NCBI RefSeq assembly: GCF_006345805.1
Contig: NC_043011.1
Coordinates: forward strand, 22,952,464 to 23,016,463
Origin: Octopus sinensis
Lineage: Eukaryota
DNA length: 64,000 nt
Direction: 5' to 3'
The position numbers and the translations under genes are program-made. Positions 51,854 to 64,000 of this stretch are shown here, in pieces; within the stretch, counting starts at the first letter, position 1, and each line of letters opens with the position of its first letter. The notes beneath the pieces were generated by a model. The model was given only the letters and a program-made list of their open reading frames with translations. It was not told the origin of the DNA and ran no database searches.

Positions 51854-52281
51854 GAAATAGAAAGATGAATAATCTTGTTGCAGATTAATCAAAAGTTTAA
51901 CCGATACCTTGGTAGCAAAAATCACAGCAAAAGACAGCACGGTTGGAGGTACAACCATATGGTGTTGCAACCATGCGTTGGTGCGGATAATTGAATTTTA
52001 ATATTATTAGTGAATTGAAGAAATGGAGTTGAACGAAGATTGAACAGAAATCGTTTTATTGCATTCTACACGAGGCTCTTAGGAGCCTCGTTCGATTTGT
52101 TTTGCTCCGCCTCTGTTCTGTTTTTGTTTTTTCCAACGGATTTCCTATTTCTTCCTGAAGAGAAAGACACAATATGGTCTCCTTATTCAATCGGAATTTG
52201 GTAAATTGTGGCTTTCGAAACACGTGTAGAATGCAATAAAACGATTTCTGTTCAATCTTCGTTCAACTCCATTTCTTCAAT

Positions 52282-52366
<85 letters not shown>

Positions 52367-52619
52367 GTAAATGTGTATTTGATTTTCTCGAAAAGTAACG
52401 AGGGATCGTTGAAATGTTGTTAGTAAAAGAAATGAGTTTAAAATGCTTCAGGAGCATTAGTTTATACTTACTTCCTCATAAACATGTAGACGCATGCTAA
52501 TGTAAAACATCATTACCATCGCAGTTGCTTTGTTAATAATAGTAATGATGGTGATGATGATAGCAACAACAACAACAACAACAACAATAATAAAGAAGGA
52601 GGTAGAATGACTGTTTCTT

Positions 52620-53250
52620 GCTGCTCAAGAACAAGGCTCAAGAACCAACTCAATCAAGTGTAGCATTGATAAGACAGCTGTATCACCTTTGTGTAAATTA
52701 TGTGGAAAAATCATCTGAGAGAGAAATATAATTAATGGATGTGAAAAATTGGCCTCCAAGAACCATGACAACGTGCGAATACGCTGGGGGTTGTGCAAGA
52801 AGTATGAGCCAGAACGTTCCAATAAGTAACGCGAGCCAGTAGCAGAGAATGATCAGGCGAAACTCACATGGGATATGCGAATATACACAGACAAAAAGCT
52901 GTAGCATAACAGATCAGATATCACTCTCCTACTGAAGGAGTTCACAGACCTGTAGAGCAAAATATTGAGAAGACAGAGGATGAGAAAGTTAGGAAGTACC
53001 AAGACTTAGGATTGGAAGCAAAAAGAAACCATGAAGCCTCAAATGGGAGTGGTGTACCTATTATGATCGGTGCGCTTGGCCCATCTCAAGATAGCAATAT
53101 TCTGGCATCAAAAACTGCAAATGCCAAACTTCATGGGAAGTATTCGGTTGGCAGTAATACTTGGAACATCTCATGTGTTGAGGAAAGTGTTGTGTCTCTA
53201 AGCTGCGGGATGGAACTGAGATGCGACATAGATAAATAAGAAGTTTAAGT
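52620..53250 (+). mobile_element. R4/CRE-like LINE 3' end (zinc knuckle plus restriction-like endonuclease region), decayed
   Basis: GCEKLA..HDNV..WGLCKKY; WDMRIHTDK..NRSDI; VVPIMIGALG; LGTSHVLRKVL. Confidence 0.8.
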
Positions 53251-54478
53251 GAATAAAAATAACGGGTTCAAATTTTTGGCACACAGCCAGTAATTTCTAG
53301 GAGAGGTGGAAAGTTGGTTACATCAACCCCAGTACTTAACTAGTAATTTATTGCGAAGGGTTGAAATACCAAATTAACCTCTTTATTTTTCACATAACTA
53401 TGGAATGTACCACAGGCTGTGCAAAGGGATGGGAACCTTAATTTTTAGTTTCTGACACTGAGTATGGGGTAATTTCTTTTGCCGTTATCGAAGCTGCAAC
53501 CGGTTGTGAAACTGGTCATACTCTGGAAATAGAAGCTTCTAAGACTCGGTGCTGTTGTAACTAGTTCTGTTGCTGTCTACTGTATTTTTTCCTCTTCTAC
53601 TTTTCCAGCTCCTCAAGGAAGTTCTCCTACTTTTCTTTCTACACCAACGACGGGGCACAATTCTAGAATGAGACATGTCGTTTCTAGACACTCTGACGTT
53701 CACCACACTGCCCATACTGAACTTGAAATGTAATTACCTGCTAAAGATCAATGCCATTGCAAATATCCTTTGCTGTGACTCTTTTTATTGCGTCATCCCA
53801 TAGATTGCGGTAGTAGCCCGTGGGCAGATATATATATATGGAAGCACTCCGTCGGTTGCGACGACGAGGGTTCCGGTTGATCCGAATCAACGGAACAGCC
53901 TGCTCGTGAAATTAACGTGTAAGTGGCTGAGCACTCCACAGACACGTGTACCCTTAACGTAGTTCTCGGGGAGATTCAGCGTGACACAGAGAGTGACAAG
54001 GCCGGCCCTTTGAAATACAGGTACAACAGAAACAGGAAGTAAGAGTGAGAGAAAGTTGTGGTGAAAGAGTACAGCAGGGATCACCACCATCCCCTGCCGG
54101 AGCCTCGTGGAGCTTTAGGTGTTTTCGCTCAATAAACACTCACAACGCCCGGTCTGGGAATCGAAACCGCGATCCTATGACCGCGATTCCGCTGCCCTAA
54201 CCACTGGGCCATTGCGCCTCCACAGGGCAGATATATATTCATACACAGTCACGTAGAAACGCGCACGTGTGTGTCTGTGAGTGTACAGCTATATAATTAT
54301 ATGAATTCAGTTTAGTTGTTAACCTTGTATTTTGCTTTAGAAAGCCCAAGTATGGGTATCAGCTATCAAACGTGTTTTTTTGCAGCGAAAACTGTAAAGT
54401 GGCAATGAAGCGATTGCAGTATTATGCAATAAAACACGTTGCTTGATCCATATATGTTGCACGTGGGCGTGTGTGCGT

Positions 54479-54529
<51 letters not shown>

Positions 54530-54633
54530 GTATATAGACGCAGGAGTGGTTGTGTGGTAAGAAGCTTCCCACGGTGGCGGCCAGCTGGCGGAAACGTTAG
54601 CACGCCAGGCGAAATGCTTAGCGGTATTTCGTC

Positions 54634-56591
54634 TGTTCAGGACAATCTTCACCTTATCCGCTACACCTTAGACAGGGTGGGTAAATTAACCGGCAAAGGT
54701 GGGGGCCATGGTCCATTTAGACCAAAGTAAAGCGTTTGATAGGGTAGACCACCAGTACCTGGCGGCGGCCCTCGAAGCGGCTGGGCTGGGCTCGTACTTC
54801 CGTAGGTAGATCTCCACCATGTATAGCGGCATTAAATCTACCGTCCAGATAAACGGTTACCTGTCGGAGCTATTTTCGATCAAGCGCTCAGTTCGTCAAG
54901 GGTGTCCCCTGTCTCCGCTTCTGTACGTGTTGGCTTTTGAGCCATTGTTGCGGAAGCTGGAGAAGTTGGGAGGCAACCCTAGTGAAATCGGATGCTGTAA
55001 GTCGGTTTCTGCTTATGCGGATGACGTCACCTTCATCGAGTCCAATGAAGCGCAGCTACCTTGTGTAGAGGACGCTATCAAAGGATACGAGGCGGTGGCA
55101 GGGGCAAAAGTTAACAAGGACAAGTCCATTGGCTTGCACCACGGCATCTAGAGGAGCAAGTCGATATCGTCCAGTGTCGTGTGTCACTGGACAGATGGTT
55201 CTGTTAGGTTGTTTGGAGTTTGGTTTGGACCAGACTCCCGGACGGAGAAGAATTGGAGCGAGGTGGCAGACAAGGTAGAAGCTCTAGTACGGACTTGGTC
55301 TGGAAAGGCTCTATCCTTGAAAGGAAGGGCAGAGGTGGTACAGTTGTTTATTGCATCTGTAATCACCTACCGCCTGACCGTTGTCCCTTGCCCTGATTTG
55401 CGGCTAAACCAGTTGGAACGCCTCCTTTTCCGCTTTTTGTGGAAGAGGGGAAGCCGCTTGTGAGGCGCTCCGTTTGCTGCCAGGAACCGCTAAATGATGG
55501 TTGGGGATGCCCTGGCTAATGATGCGCAGACATGAGTTGGGGGCTGAGGCATCTCTGGCGTTACCTGGAAGGTGAGATAAGGTATGGAATCCGCTAGCAG
55601 AGGATTTCTTTCTGCGACTAGCTTCTCTGGAGCGATTTAAACCCGGTTTTATTAAAAGACGTAATCTGACTGAATGGCAAAAGGAGTGTCGACAGGCACT
55701 TGTGCTTATCCACAAGACGGGCAAGGCCGGCAGTGGGAACGCCGCCTCGGTTTTGTATAGAGGGTTGGTAGAGCAGAACAACGATGACGCTCTAGGAGAA
55801 GCTCTGGGGTTCGATGAGAACCAACTCACCAACTTGTTCAAAAATACTTTCGGGCCAGGGTATTTGGGTAATTACCAAAAATCCCTGACCTGGCAGTGTT
55901 ACAGGAATGCTTTACCTGTTCGAGATAAGTTACCCAGGCACGGAATGTCAGTGCCAACGACATGTCCAAGACGTGGGCTGGACGATGAAACCGTCCAGCA
56001 CGCCCTTGTACATTGTCGGGAGCTGTCAGGCTAGATGATTTACGTCGAACAGGTGTTGTCGCATTTAGGAAGAGTACAGCTATCGGCTGAATCTATAATA
56101 ATGATTGTACCGCCCACTGGACACTCAAAGGAAGGTGAGGTATGTTTTTTCTGTACAGTTGCTGTGTTGAAAGAATGTGTGTGGAAGACTAGAATGCAAG
56201 GACTCGTGACGGGATCCTTCATCTCTGGCCCTGGTTTGCTACAATTCTTCAGATATCACCTGAAGAGCGAGGTAGGGATGGAGAAGAGGATCCTGTCGCA
56301 AAGTGTGTTTGATGAAAGATGGAAGGCTATGTTAAGAAAGCTGGGTGCAAGTAACTCTACTTAATCTGCATTAAAAAAAAAAAGGAAAGGGGCAGTCGCT
56401 GGGCCGCTGAGGCAACCGGGTATAATCCCCTCCCTTAAAAGGAAAAAGAGACGATAATTAAATCTAATTATTTCATAAAAATTTAAAAAAGAACAAAGCA
56501 TCATTCGAACTCATTATAACGTTTTTTTTTTATGTATTGTCCTGTATCGTACCATCTGTGTATGGCATTTATTGTCCTAATAAAAAAAAAA
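54634..56591 (+). mobile_element. L1/Tx1-clade LINE, 5'-truncated, with RT, zf-RVT, 3' UTR and poly(A)
   Basis: LDQSKAFDRVDH, SVRQGCPLSPLLYVL, SAYADDV, NALPVRDKL..CP..ETVQHALVHC; AATAAA overlapping A-tail at 56579-56591; several stops and frameshifts. Confidence 0.92.
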
Positions 56592-56600
56592 TCAGCTAGG

Positions 56601-56664
56601 AAGCCAAGCTACTCCAGACTGATGAAGAGCAATGACTCAGAAACTAGTCTCTGGATGCTGGCTT
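56601..56664 (+). ncRNA. Type I hammerhead ribozyme-like motif with extended stem I
   Basis: tccaga-CUGAUGA-A-GAG(CAAUGA)CUC-A-GAAA-CUAG-UC-tctgga; palindromic ACUAGU helix III; further pairing agc/gct and aagcc/ggctt. Confidence 0.65.
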
Positions 56665-56810
56665 TGCTGGGTGAAGGTGCTTATCTCCCCTGTTTGAAAA
56701 CTTAAGGACACAGAACGCTTGTGTTACATAGCCAACTGGGGTTAAATAGCAGTAGCATTCTTCCCTTTCCTGGGACTGCAACATTAAGTTGGCAACAGCA
56801 ACAAACCACC

Positions 56811-56906
<96 letters not shown>

Positions 56907-56986
56907 ATTTAACCTTTAAAGGTATTCTTTGATATGCTGGCCATTGATGAAATTTTTTTCCCGAAAAAATGTTTATCCTACATTAG

Positions 56987-57024
<38 letters not shown>

Positions 57025-57387
57025 AGAGGAGGGAAATGATATTCAGGCAGATATCGAATTTCTCTGAGTAAAACGCCAAGGCTGGTTCCTTCCGATGGTG
57101 CGTTTTTTGGTAAGAAAAAATGTTACTCATATGAACCACGAAGAAGAAATAATAGAAAGTTGTAAACATTAACAGCAAAACCAAAAAGAAATAAATTTTT
57201 TTGATACTTTTCTCCTAACATAAAGAACTGGTTTTTCTTCACTGGCGTCAAAAAGAAACAGCTGACGTGGAAGTTTCTCAGGTGTCAAAATGCTTGTTTG
57301 TCGATGATTAGCATAAAAATACTTCCTTTTTTTATTCAGTAATATTTTAGGAAGAGAAAGCTAAGAATACGGCCGCCATCTATCAGC

Positions 57388-57569
57388 ATGATGATGATGA
57401 TGATGATTATGATAGTGATGATGATGATGATTATGATGATGATGATGATGATTATGATAGTGATGATGATGATGATTATGATGATGATGATTATGATGAT
57501 GATGATTATGATGATAGTGATGATGATGATGATGATTATGATGGTGATGATGATGATGATGACGATGAC

Positions 57570-57604
<35 letters not shown>

Positions 57605-57620
57605 CGACGACGACGATGAC
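57388..57620. repeat. (GAT)n/(GAC)n microsatellite
   Basis: Direct reading; source of the poly-His/Met/Ile pseudo-ORFs. Confidence 0.97.
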
Positions 57621-58076
57621 GTTGTGCCACCGTCTACTATTAATGATGATGATGAATGATAACGGTGATGTTTGCAACAACAACAACAACAAAAATGGAA
57701 ATATGAAATGATTTGAAAGAGTGGTGGTGGTGGGGGGGGGCTGGGGTTATTTGCATGAATACGATTAGAGTGAGGACGTGCGTAACGAAGTAAAAGAATG
57801 GAGAATCATACAATGTGTGCGTATTGTGTTTTGTAACGTGGGCAGAAATATTTGGGTGCATGAAAGAAAAGAGAAAAAAATCTGAAGGACTCTAAAAACA
57901 CTCCTGATTTGTCTCTACCCGCACTCAGTCGCTCAGAATTCCTTTTGTTCTCGTTTCCTTTCTCATACACGCATACAACCCCTCCACACTCGCATCCATG
58001 TGCGCGCATGTGAGAGAGACAGACTAGATTGATTATTCGCTAAATTTGTCAACAAAAACAAGAATTAAAATAATAT

Positions 58077-58665
58077 CTATTTCTTTACTACCCACAAGGG
58101 GCTAAACACAGAGAGGACCAACAAGGACAGAAAAACGGATTAAGTCGATTATATCGACTCCAGTGGGTAACTGGTACTTAATTCATCGACCCCGAAAGGA
58201 TGAAAGGCAAAGTCAACCTCGGCGGAATTTGAACTCAGAAAGTAGCGGCAGACGAAATACCTATTTCTTTACTACCCACAAGGGGCTAAACACAGAGAGG
58301 ACAGACAAGGACAGAAACACGGATTAAGTCGATCACATCGACCCCAGTGGGTAACTGGTACTTAATTCATCGACCCCGAAAGGATGAAAAGTAAAGTCAA
58401 CCTCGGCGGAATTTGAACTCAGAACGTAGCGGCAGACGAAATACCTATTTCTTTACTACCCACAAGGGACTAAACACAGAGAGGCCCGACAAGGACAGAC
58501 AAACGGATTAAGACGATTATATCGACCCCAGTGGGTAACTGGTACTTAATTCATCGACCCCGAAAGGATGAAAGGTAAAGTCAACCTCGGCGGAATTTGA
58601 ACTCAGAACGTAGCGGCAGACGAAATACGAATTTCTTTATTGCCCACCAGGGGCCAAACATAGAT
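58077..58665 (-). repeat. Tandem array of three 184-bp headless family B SINE units plus a partial fourth
   Basis: Units start at 58077, 58261, 58445 and are near-identical. Confidence 0.9.
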
Positions 58666-59014
58666 ATGGATAGTACAACTGATGGGATCAGTGAATCGAT
58701 ATGATTTTACATAAATGTGACTTTAAAAATAAAATACAATACATAAAAAATCGAATGGAATACACTGTACAAAAACAATACAAATGAAGCGATGATCAAG
58801 TTACGCTCCGATCCCACAAGCCCCGATCTACCGCTGATACCTTTTTTTCCCCGTCTATTCACACGGTTCCTTGCACGCACAACACTCGTGCAACATGCTT
58901 CCATCTTTTTTGGAACGTACACTCCGACAGACACCTCTTCTCCAGCCACAGTTTCCTTTTCAAATGAAAAGAAAAAAAAAGATCGTAAATTGTGACCAGC
59001 GATAAAGTTGCCTG

Positions 59015-61687
59015 TGTAGTGATCCTATATAACGGTGCGCGCTCGCGCACCGTCCATTTCTGTTTCGCGCGTGCGGGGTTGGTGCTTTTCACCACCGGAA
59101 GTAGGACCATTTGCCTACGTGGCAGTTTAGCCGCGAGGCAAGGGGAGCGTAGGACGTTGACCACCAGCGTCCAGTAGGCAGTGACTTGAGACACGGCTAT
59201 CGAAGGTACAACACGTATATTTCTCTCTGTCCGGATTTGATAGCAGCAGTCAGCCTTTTCATAGAAGAAGACGCGTATTATCTTCGTTTCTCCCTGACGC
59301 CATCTTTGACCAGTGTCGTTAGCATTTGAACACTGTAAATTCTACAGCGATAAAGTTCAGCTCTGACACATCTATACCAAAGGGATACCAGATATACCAC
59401 TTATTTGTTACTGTCATAAGAGAATAAAGTAGATATATATTTTTTACGTCTGCGTCTTGTTGTTTCTGACTGGTAGAATCTGGATTATTAAAGGCAACGG
59501 ATAGTGATTGCTTCTTGCACCCAAACAGTGCAGAGAAGATATTCACACAAGTCGGAACACTGGTGACCCCCGACGTGATTCTGGTCTAAAACCAGAGATC
59601 ACTTCACAACAAAGAAATCCAGTTTTTCTGCCAAGTCGGAACACGATCAACTCTACGCAGTCATCATCTTTCGACGATTTGTTTCCGGTTCCCTCAACAG
59701 TTATAGAAGGAGCCTTTCTTATTCTTCAGCAATAATGACGGACGCCATCATATCATCGATGCCTTTTCTCTACCGTCATCGCCATCGTCGTCTTTCGACT
59801 TCACGTCGTCGTTATCTTCGTCGCCATCACCACTAAGAACAATGTGTCTCAAGTCCACCACAGTCCCCTCCACCACCGTCGCCTATCAACACCGTCGACC
59901 TCAACAAGATGTAAATAGCAACTCGCGGAAGTTTAGCTTTCACGCTGTTCGTGCATAGCACACCAAGAATTAACAGCACAGTCTACCTGCGAGATCTTCT
60001 GTAACGATTTAACCTGTCACAGCATCGAAGCTACAACCGCTACACGATATGTGTTCAATCGGCATCTGCATTTGTGATTTCAACATTCTGTTACAGAACG
60101 AACTGCTATTGTGTATCAGGCTATTACGGACTGGTAAACTAACTCCATCTTGTCTGAAATAGCCCTGAGAGACTTTTTTCCTATGCGCTGTGTTTTTATT
60201 TTTGCTCGCATTCACCTTGTTTGTATTTCTGTCGCACACACGTACACACATAAATGCTATCTCTCTCACATTCATACGTCACACATGCTTTTCTCGCTTT
60301 TTTTTTCCATGCTAAATTTGCCTTTGTGGACACACCTCATTTCTGTAAGACCCTAGGGGTCACGTATACATAGAGAGGGTTGTTTGTCCATTATAACGCG
60401 CCAGCATGTCACACTTTTGTTCCTACATTAACCACTGGCATATTCATTGCTGTTTTTCGGTCTGGCAAGCCCTATTGCATTCATGCACCATTGCTCAGCA
60501 CGTGTACTGCCTTGTTTTTGCAACACGTTTGCGTTAGCTTAGTTCTTTTCCCGACTCAAAGAACGTCGGATGTTCACATGCGCTGCGCCTATGTATAGGC
60601 GTAATTTTTTCCCTGTTAGACCCCTGTTGGTCACGCAATTAACAGAGAAAATTATCTGTCTCGCGCATCACACCAGCATGTTTGCACTGTCACCTTGCTA
60701 ACCTTACACATTCAGCTGAAGCACTGTCTGCCTTTTGTGTTACTGGCGATCTATCTGTCGATTCCAATTTCCTCTCCTGCAGCAATTGATTTAACTGTTA
60801 TTTCGCAGGATCAACCACCTTTAGAGGAGTTGGATTTTAACTTCGCCTAGGTTTATTAACTGTAGGTTTGCCTACCTTCCGCTCCCTACAGCGGAAGGCT
60901 CTATGCTTTGTGACGTATCCACTTTCACGCATGCACTTTTGATTTTTGCTCATTTTGAGTATTTTTTCTCTTTTTTCCTTTTGGTAAATTTCTTGTGTAT
61001 GATGTAAATTTTGCCATTTTTATTATATTGTGTGCTATTTGGTTATCTGGTGTCCACCTTGAGTTTTAAAGTCACTACAAGGAATTTTGTGTCGTGCTTA
61101 GGCACTGGAGGGGAGCTTTGTAGTGATCATATATAACGGTGCGCGCTCGCGCACCGTCCATTTCTGTTTCGCGCGTGCGGGGTTGGTGCTTTTCACCACC
61201 GGAAGTAGGACCATTTGCCTATGTGGCAGTTTAGCCGCGAGGCAAGGGGAGCGTAGGACGTTGACCACCAGCGTCCAGTAGGCAGTGACTTGAGACACGG
61301 CTATCGAAGGTACAACACGTATATTTCTCTCTGTCCGGATTTGATAGCAGCAGTCAGCCTTTTCATAGAAGAAGACGCGTATTATCTTCGTTTCTCCCTG
61401 ACCACATCATCTTCCTTTCTCCGGACGCCATCTTTGACCAGTGTCGTTAGCATTTGAACACTGTAAATTCTACAGCGATAAAGTTCAGCTCTGACACATC
61501 TATACCAAAGGGATACCAGATATACCACTTATTTGTTACTGTCATAAGAGAATAAAGTAGATATATATTTTTTACGTCTGCGTCTTGTTGTTTCTGACTG
61601 GTAGAATCTGGATTATTAAAGGCAACGGATAGTGATTGCTTCTTGCACCCAAACAGTGCAGAGAAGATATTCACACATTTCGTTACA
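59015..61687 (+). mobile_element. Non-autonomous Gypsy-like LTR retroelement, 2673 bp
   Basis: LTRs 59015-59559 and 61119-61687 (TG..CA); 4-bp TSD CCTG; PBS TGGTGACCCC(C)GACGTGAT at 59561; PPT GGAGGGGAG before the 3' LTR; no pol ORF. Confidence 0.92.
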
Positions 61688-61953
61688 CCTGTCTTAATTC
61701 CTTTTATCCTAGTCTTCCATACTGCTACGCATTTCGCCGGGCGTGCTAACGTTTCTGCCAGCTCGCCGCCTTAAATTAAAATAATATCATACACACGATA
61801 TATACGAGGGGAGGGGCTGAACAGTTTCTGACTTTAAAGGTATTGCGAAAAGCCGGATTAGAAGCCCACCAATTCCGAGTTCTTTTACAGGGCTTAAAAA
61901 AACTGAAGGGTCGCTGCAGTAAGCGTGTGAATCTGAGAGGGTAATAAATTAAA

Positions 61954-62356
61954 CTAGCAGTATCGCCCGGCGTTGCTCGGGTTTGTAAGGGAAATAACTA
62001 TATAAGCATTTTAAGGGAGTTATAGCCCCAAAATAGCCAAAAAAATGCATTAAAAATGGAAAAAAAATGATGGTAAATTTTTTTTTAAATCGTTGACTCA
62101 TCGTAGACATTTTTAGAGAATTACTTCCATTATATAATAGCGAAAAAATGCATTAAAATGGAAAAAAATGATGGTAAATTTTTTTTTAAATCGTAGACTC
62201 ATCGCAGACGCGCGCTAATACCCAGAAGGGCTCGATATGAATCACGACTATAAGATACCCGCTTTTGGTTACACTGCACCGCGAAATGTGGGAGTAGTTA
62301 GGAATCTAAATCGTAGGAGACAGACACTCACACAACTTCACTTTTATATATAAAGA
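61954..62356 (-). mobile_element. Non-autonomous Helitron-type element with an internal ~70-bp duplication
   Basis: A|TC...CTAG|T ends; hairpin cccgagcaacgccgggc near the 3' end. Confidence 0.72.
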
Positions 62357-62743
62357 TAAAATCATAAATAACTAATCGTCCAGTATTTTCTTTTACCCAA
62401 AGCCAGTAACTTTACCCCCTCATACATTGTGCAGATGAATTATCAGCCTTGACCGAGAGAGGCTCTATTTATAAATATGCGCGCGTGAGTGTATGTGTGT
62501 GCATGAGAGAGAGAAAGAGAGAGACGGAGAGAGAGAGGGAGATGTAATGTGTAGACATGTGCTTGCAGATATAGAATGAAAGAGAGGGAGGGAGGAAGGG
62601 AAAGGTGGAGGGAAAATGAGAAATGGACAAACCGGTTGATTAGTTCATTAATTGATAGATAAGTTAAGTTGAATGATTACCATATTGAATAGAATAAGCA
62701 CAAAAAAAATCATATAACCGCCAGATAATTGGACTGGCAAACG

Positions 62744-62827
<84 letters not shown>

Positions 62828-62876
62828 CACACACAACTTTATATAACACACACATACATGTATGTATGTATGTATG

Positions 62877-62908
<32 letters not shown>

Positions 62909-63756
62909 TGTATGTGTATGTATGTATGTATGTATGTATGTATGTATGTATGTATGCTTGTATATGCATGCACGTATGTTTGTATATCTATCTATCTATC
63001 TATCTACACACACACACACACACACACGTACATGCACACACGTACACACACGCACACACGTATACACACATGCTATACGCTCACATACATACACACATCC
63101 AATACAAACAAATATGATGGCGGATGAGAAAAATGATGATGGTGGGAAGAATCCGGAATCCGAGGAAACTGTTGATAGCCTATATATATAATACATAGGA
63201 AGTAGTTAGTTACATGATGGATGCAGGAATGGAGAGATTGCCGAATACATTAACACAAATACTTATATTAGAAGGAGAGGTTGAGTGTATGGGCTGAAGA
63301 GCATGAGATGATAGAAATATTTACAAGACGAAATTTCAGGGAGTGGGAAAACAAGAGTCGAAAAATTTAAGATATTTTGACATATTGTTTAGAAAAATTA
63401 AACAAGTGCTGGAAAAGAAAATAATTTTGATGAGATTGGAGTATAAATTATTTTAGAAGAGTTCGCACTCGACAGCCATTTTGATTACAAGAGCTGCCTC
63501 AAATTTGGCTTCTCTCAAAACAACATCACTCTTATTACTATCACAACACAAGCTGCCAACATAATGATGGTGACCATCACCTTTAAACCTGCTCCAACTC
63601 ATTTAATGCATGCAACCGTTAACAGCTTATCTTACTAAGGGAATCAACAACCGAGTATATACAAAACCGTTTAATAAGACAGATATAATGGTTTTCAAAA
63701 TTTGGCATGTAACAGGATGAGAGGAGTATATTTCGTTTGTCACTTTTATTTATGAC

Positions 63757-63824
63757 AACCCTAACCCTAAAACCCTAAAACCCTAACCCTAAAACCTTAA
63801 CCCTAACCCTAAAACCTTAAAACC
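63757..63824. repeat. Interstitial telomere-like repeat (CCCTAA mixed with CCCTAAAA)
   Basis: Direct reading; bracketed by ~30-bp inverted repeats. Confidence 0.8.
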
Positions 63825-64000
63825 AGTACAAACGTACGAACGATGTCATAAATAACAGTGACAAGCGAAAAATACACCGCCGATAGTTGTTGTTGACAAA
63901 CAACGGCAGTAATTTTATTCAGCTGGATACACGTCATTGATTGGTTGAAATTACCGAAATTAGAGAACTTTAAGGTGAAATAACTTCGTAAATATAAGTT

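Noticed and set aside
63757-63824. True telomere or chromosome-fusion site
   Set aside because: Only ~70 bp, degenerate, single orientation and embedded in a repeat element

Overview
This is repeat-rich animal genomic DNA, most likely an octopod cephalopod (inferred from the tRNA-derived SINE families and very dense AT/ACAT/AGAT microsatellites). It contains one host gene, a minus-strand transferrin-family gene. Seven coding exons can be spliced by hand (16514 down to 770, continuing past the window start), with a signal peptide and a TATA+Inr promoter. Exon 5 has an apparent 1-nt frameshift, and the N-lobe iron ligands are non-canonical. The remaining ~47 kb upstream has no supportable host exons. 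It holds SINEs, MITEs (Merlin-, hAT-, Kolobok-, piggyBac- and mariner-like), Helitron-type elements, and decayed transposases (DD37D maT, mariner, Merlin, hAT, Tigger). It also holds LINE fragments (CR1, RTE, Tx1/L1, R4-like), a Penelope GIY-YIG remnant, Gypsy LTRs and a young non-autonomous LTR element with a tRNA-Trp primer site. The most notable non-coding signals are four minimal type I hammerhead-ribozyme-like motifs, a multi-layer nested transposon stack, and several perfect long inverted repeats. Most ORFs in the supplied track are microsatellite or antisense artefacts.
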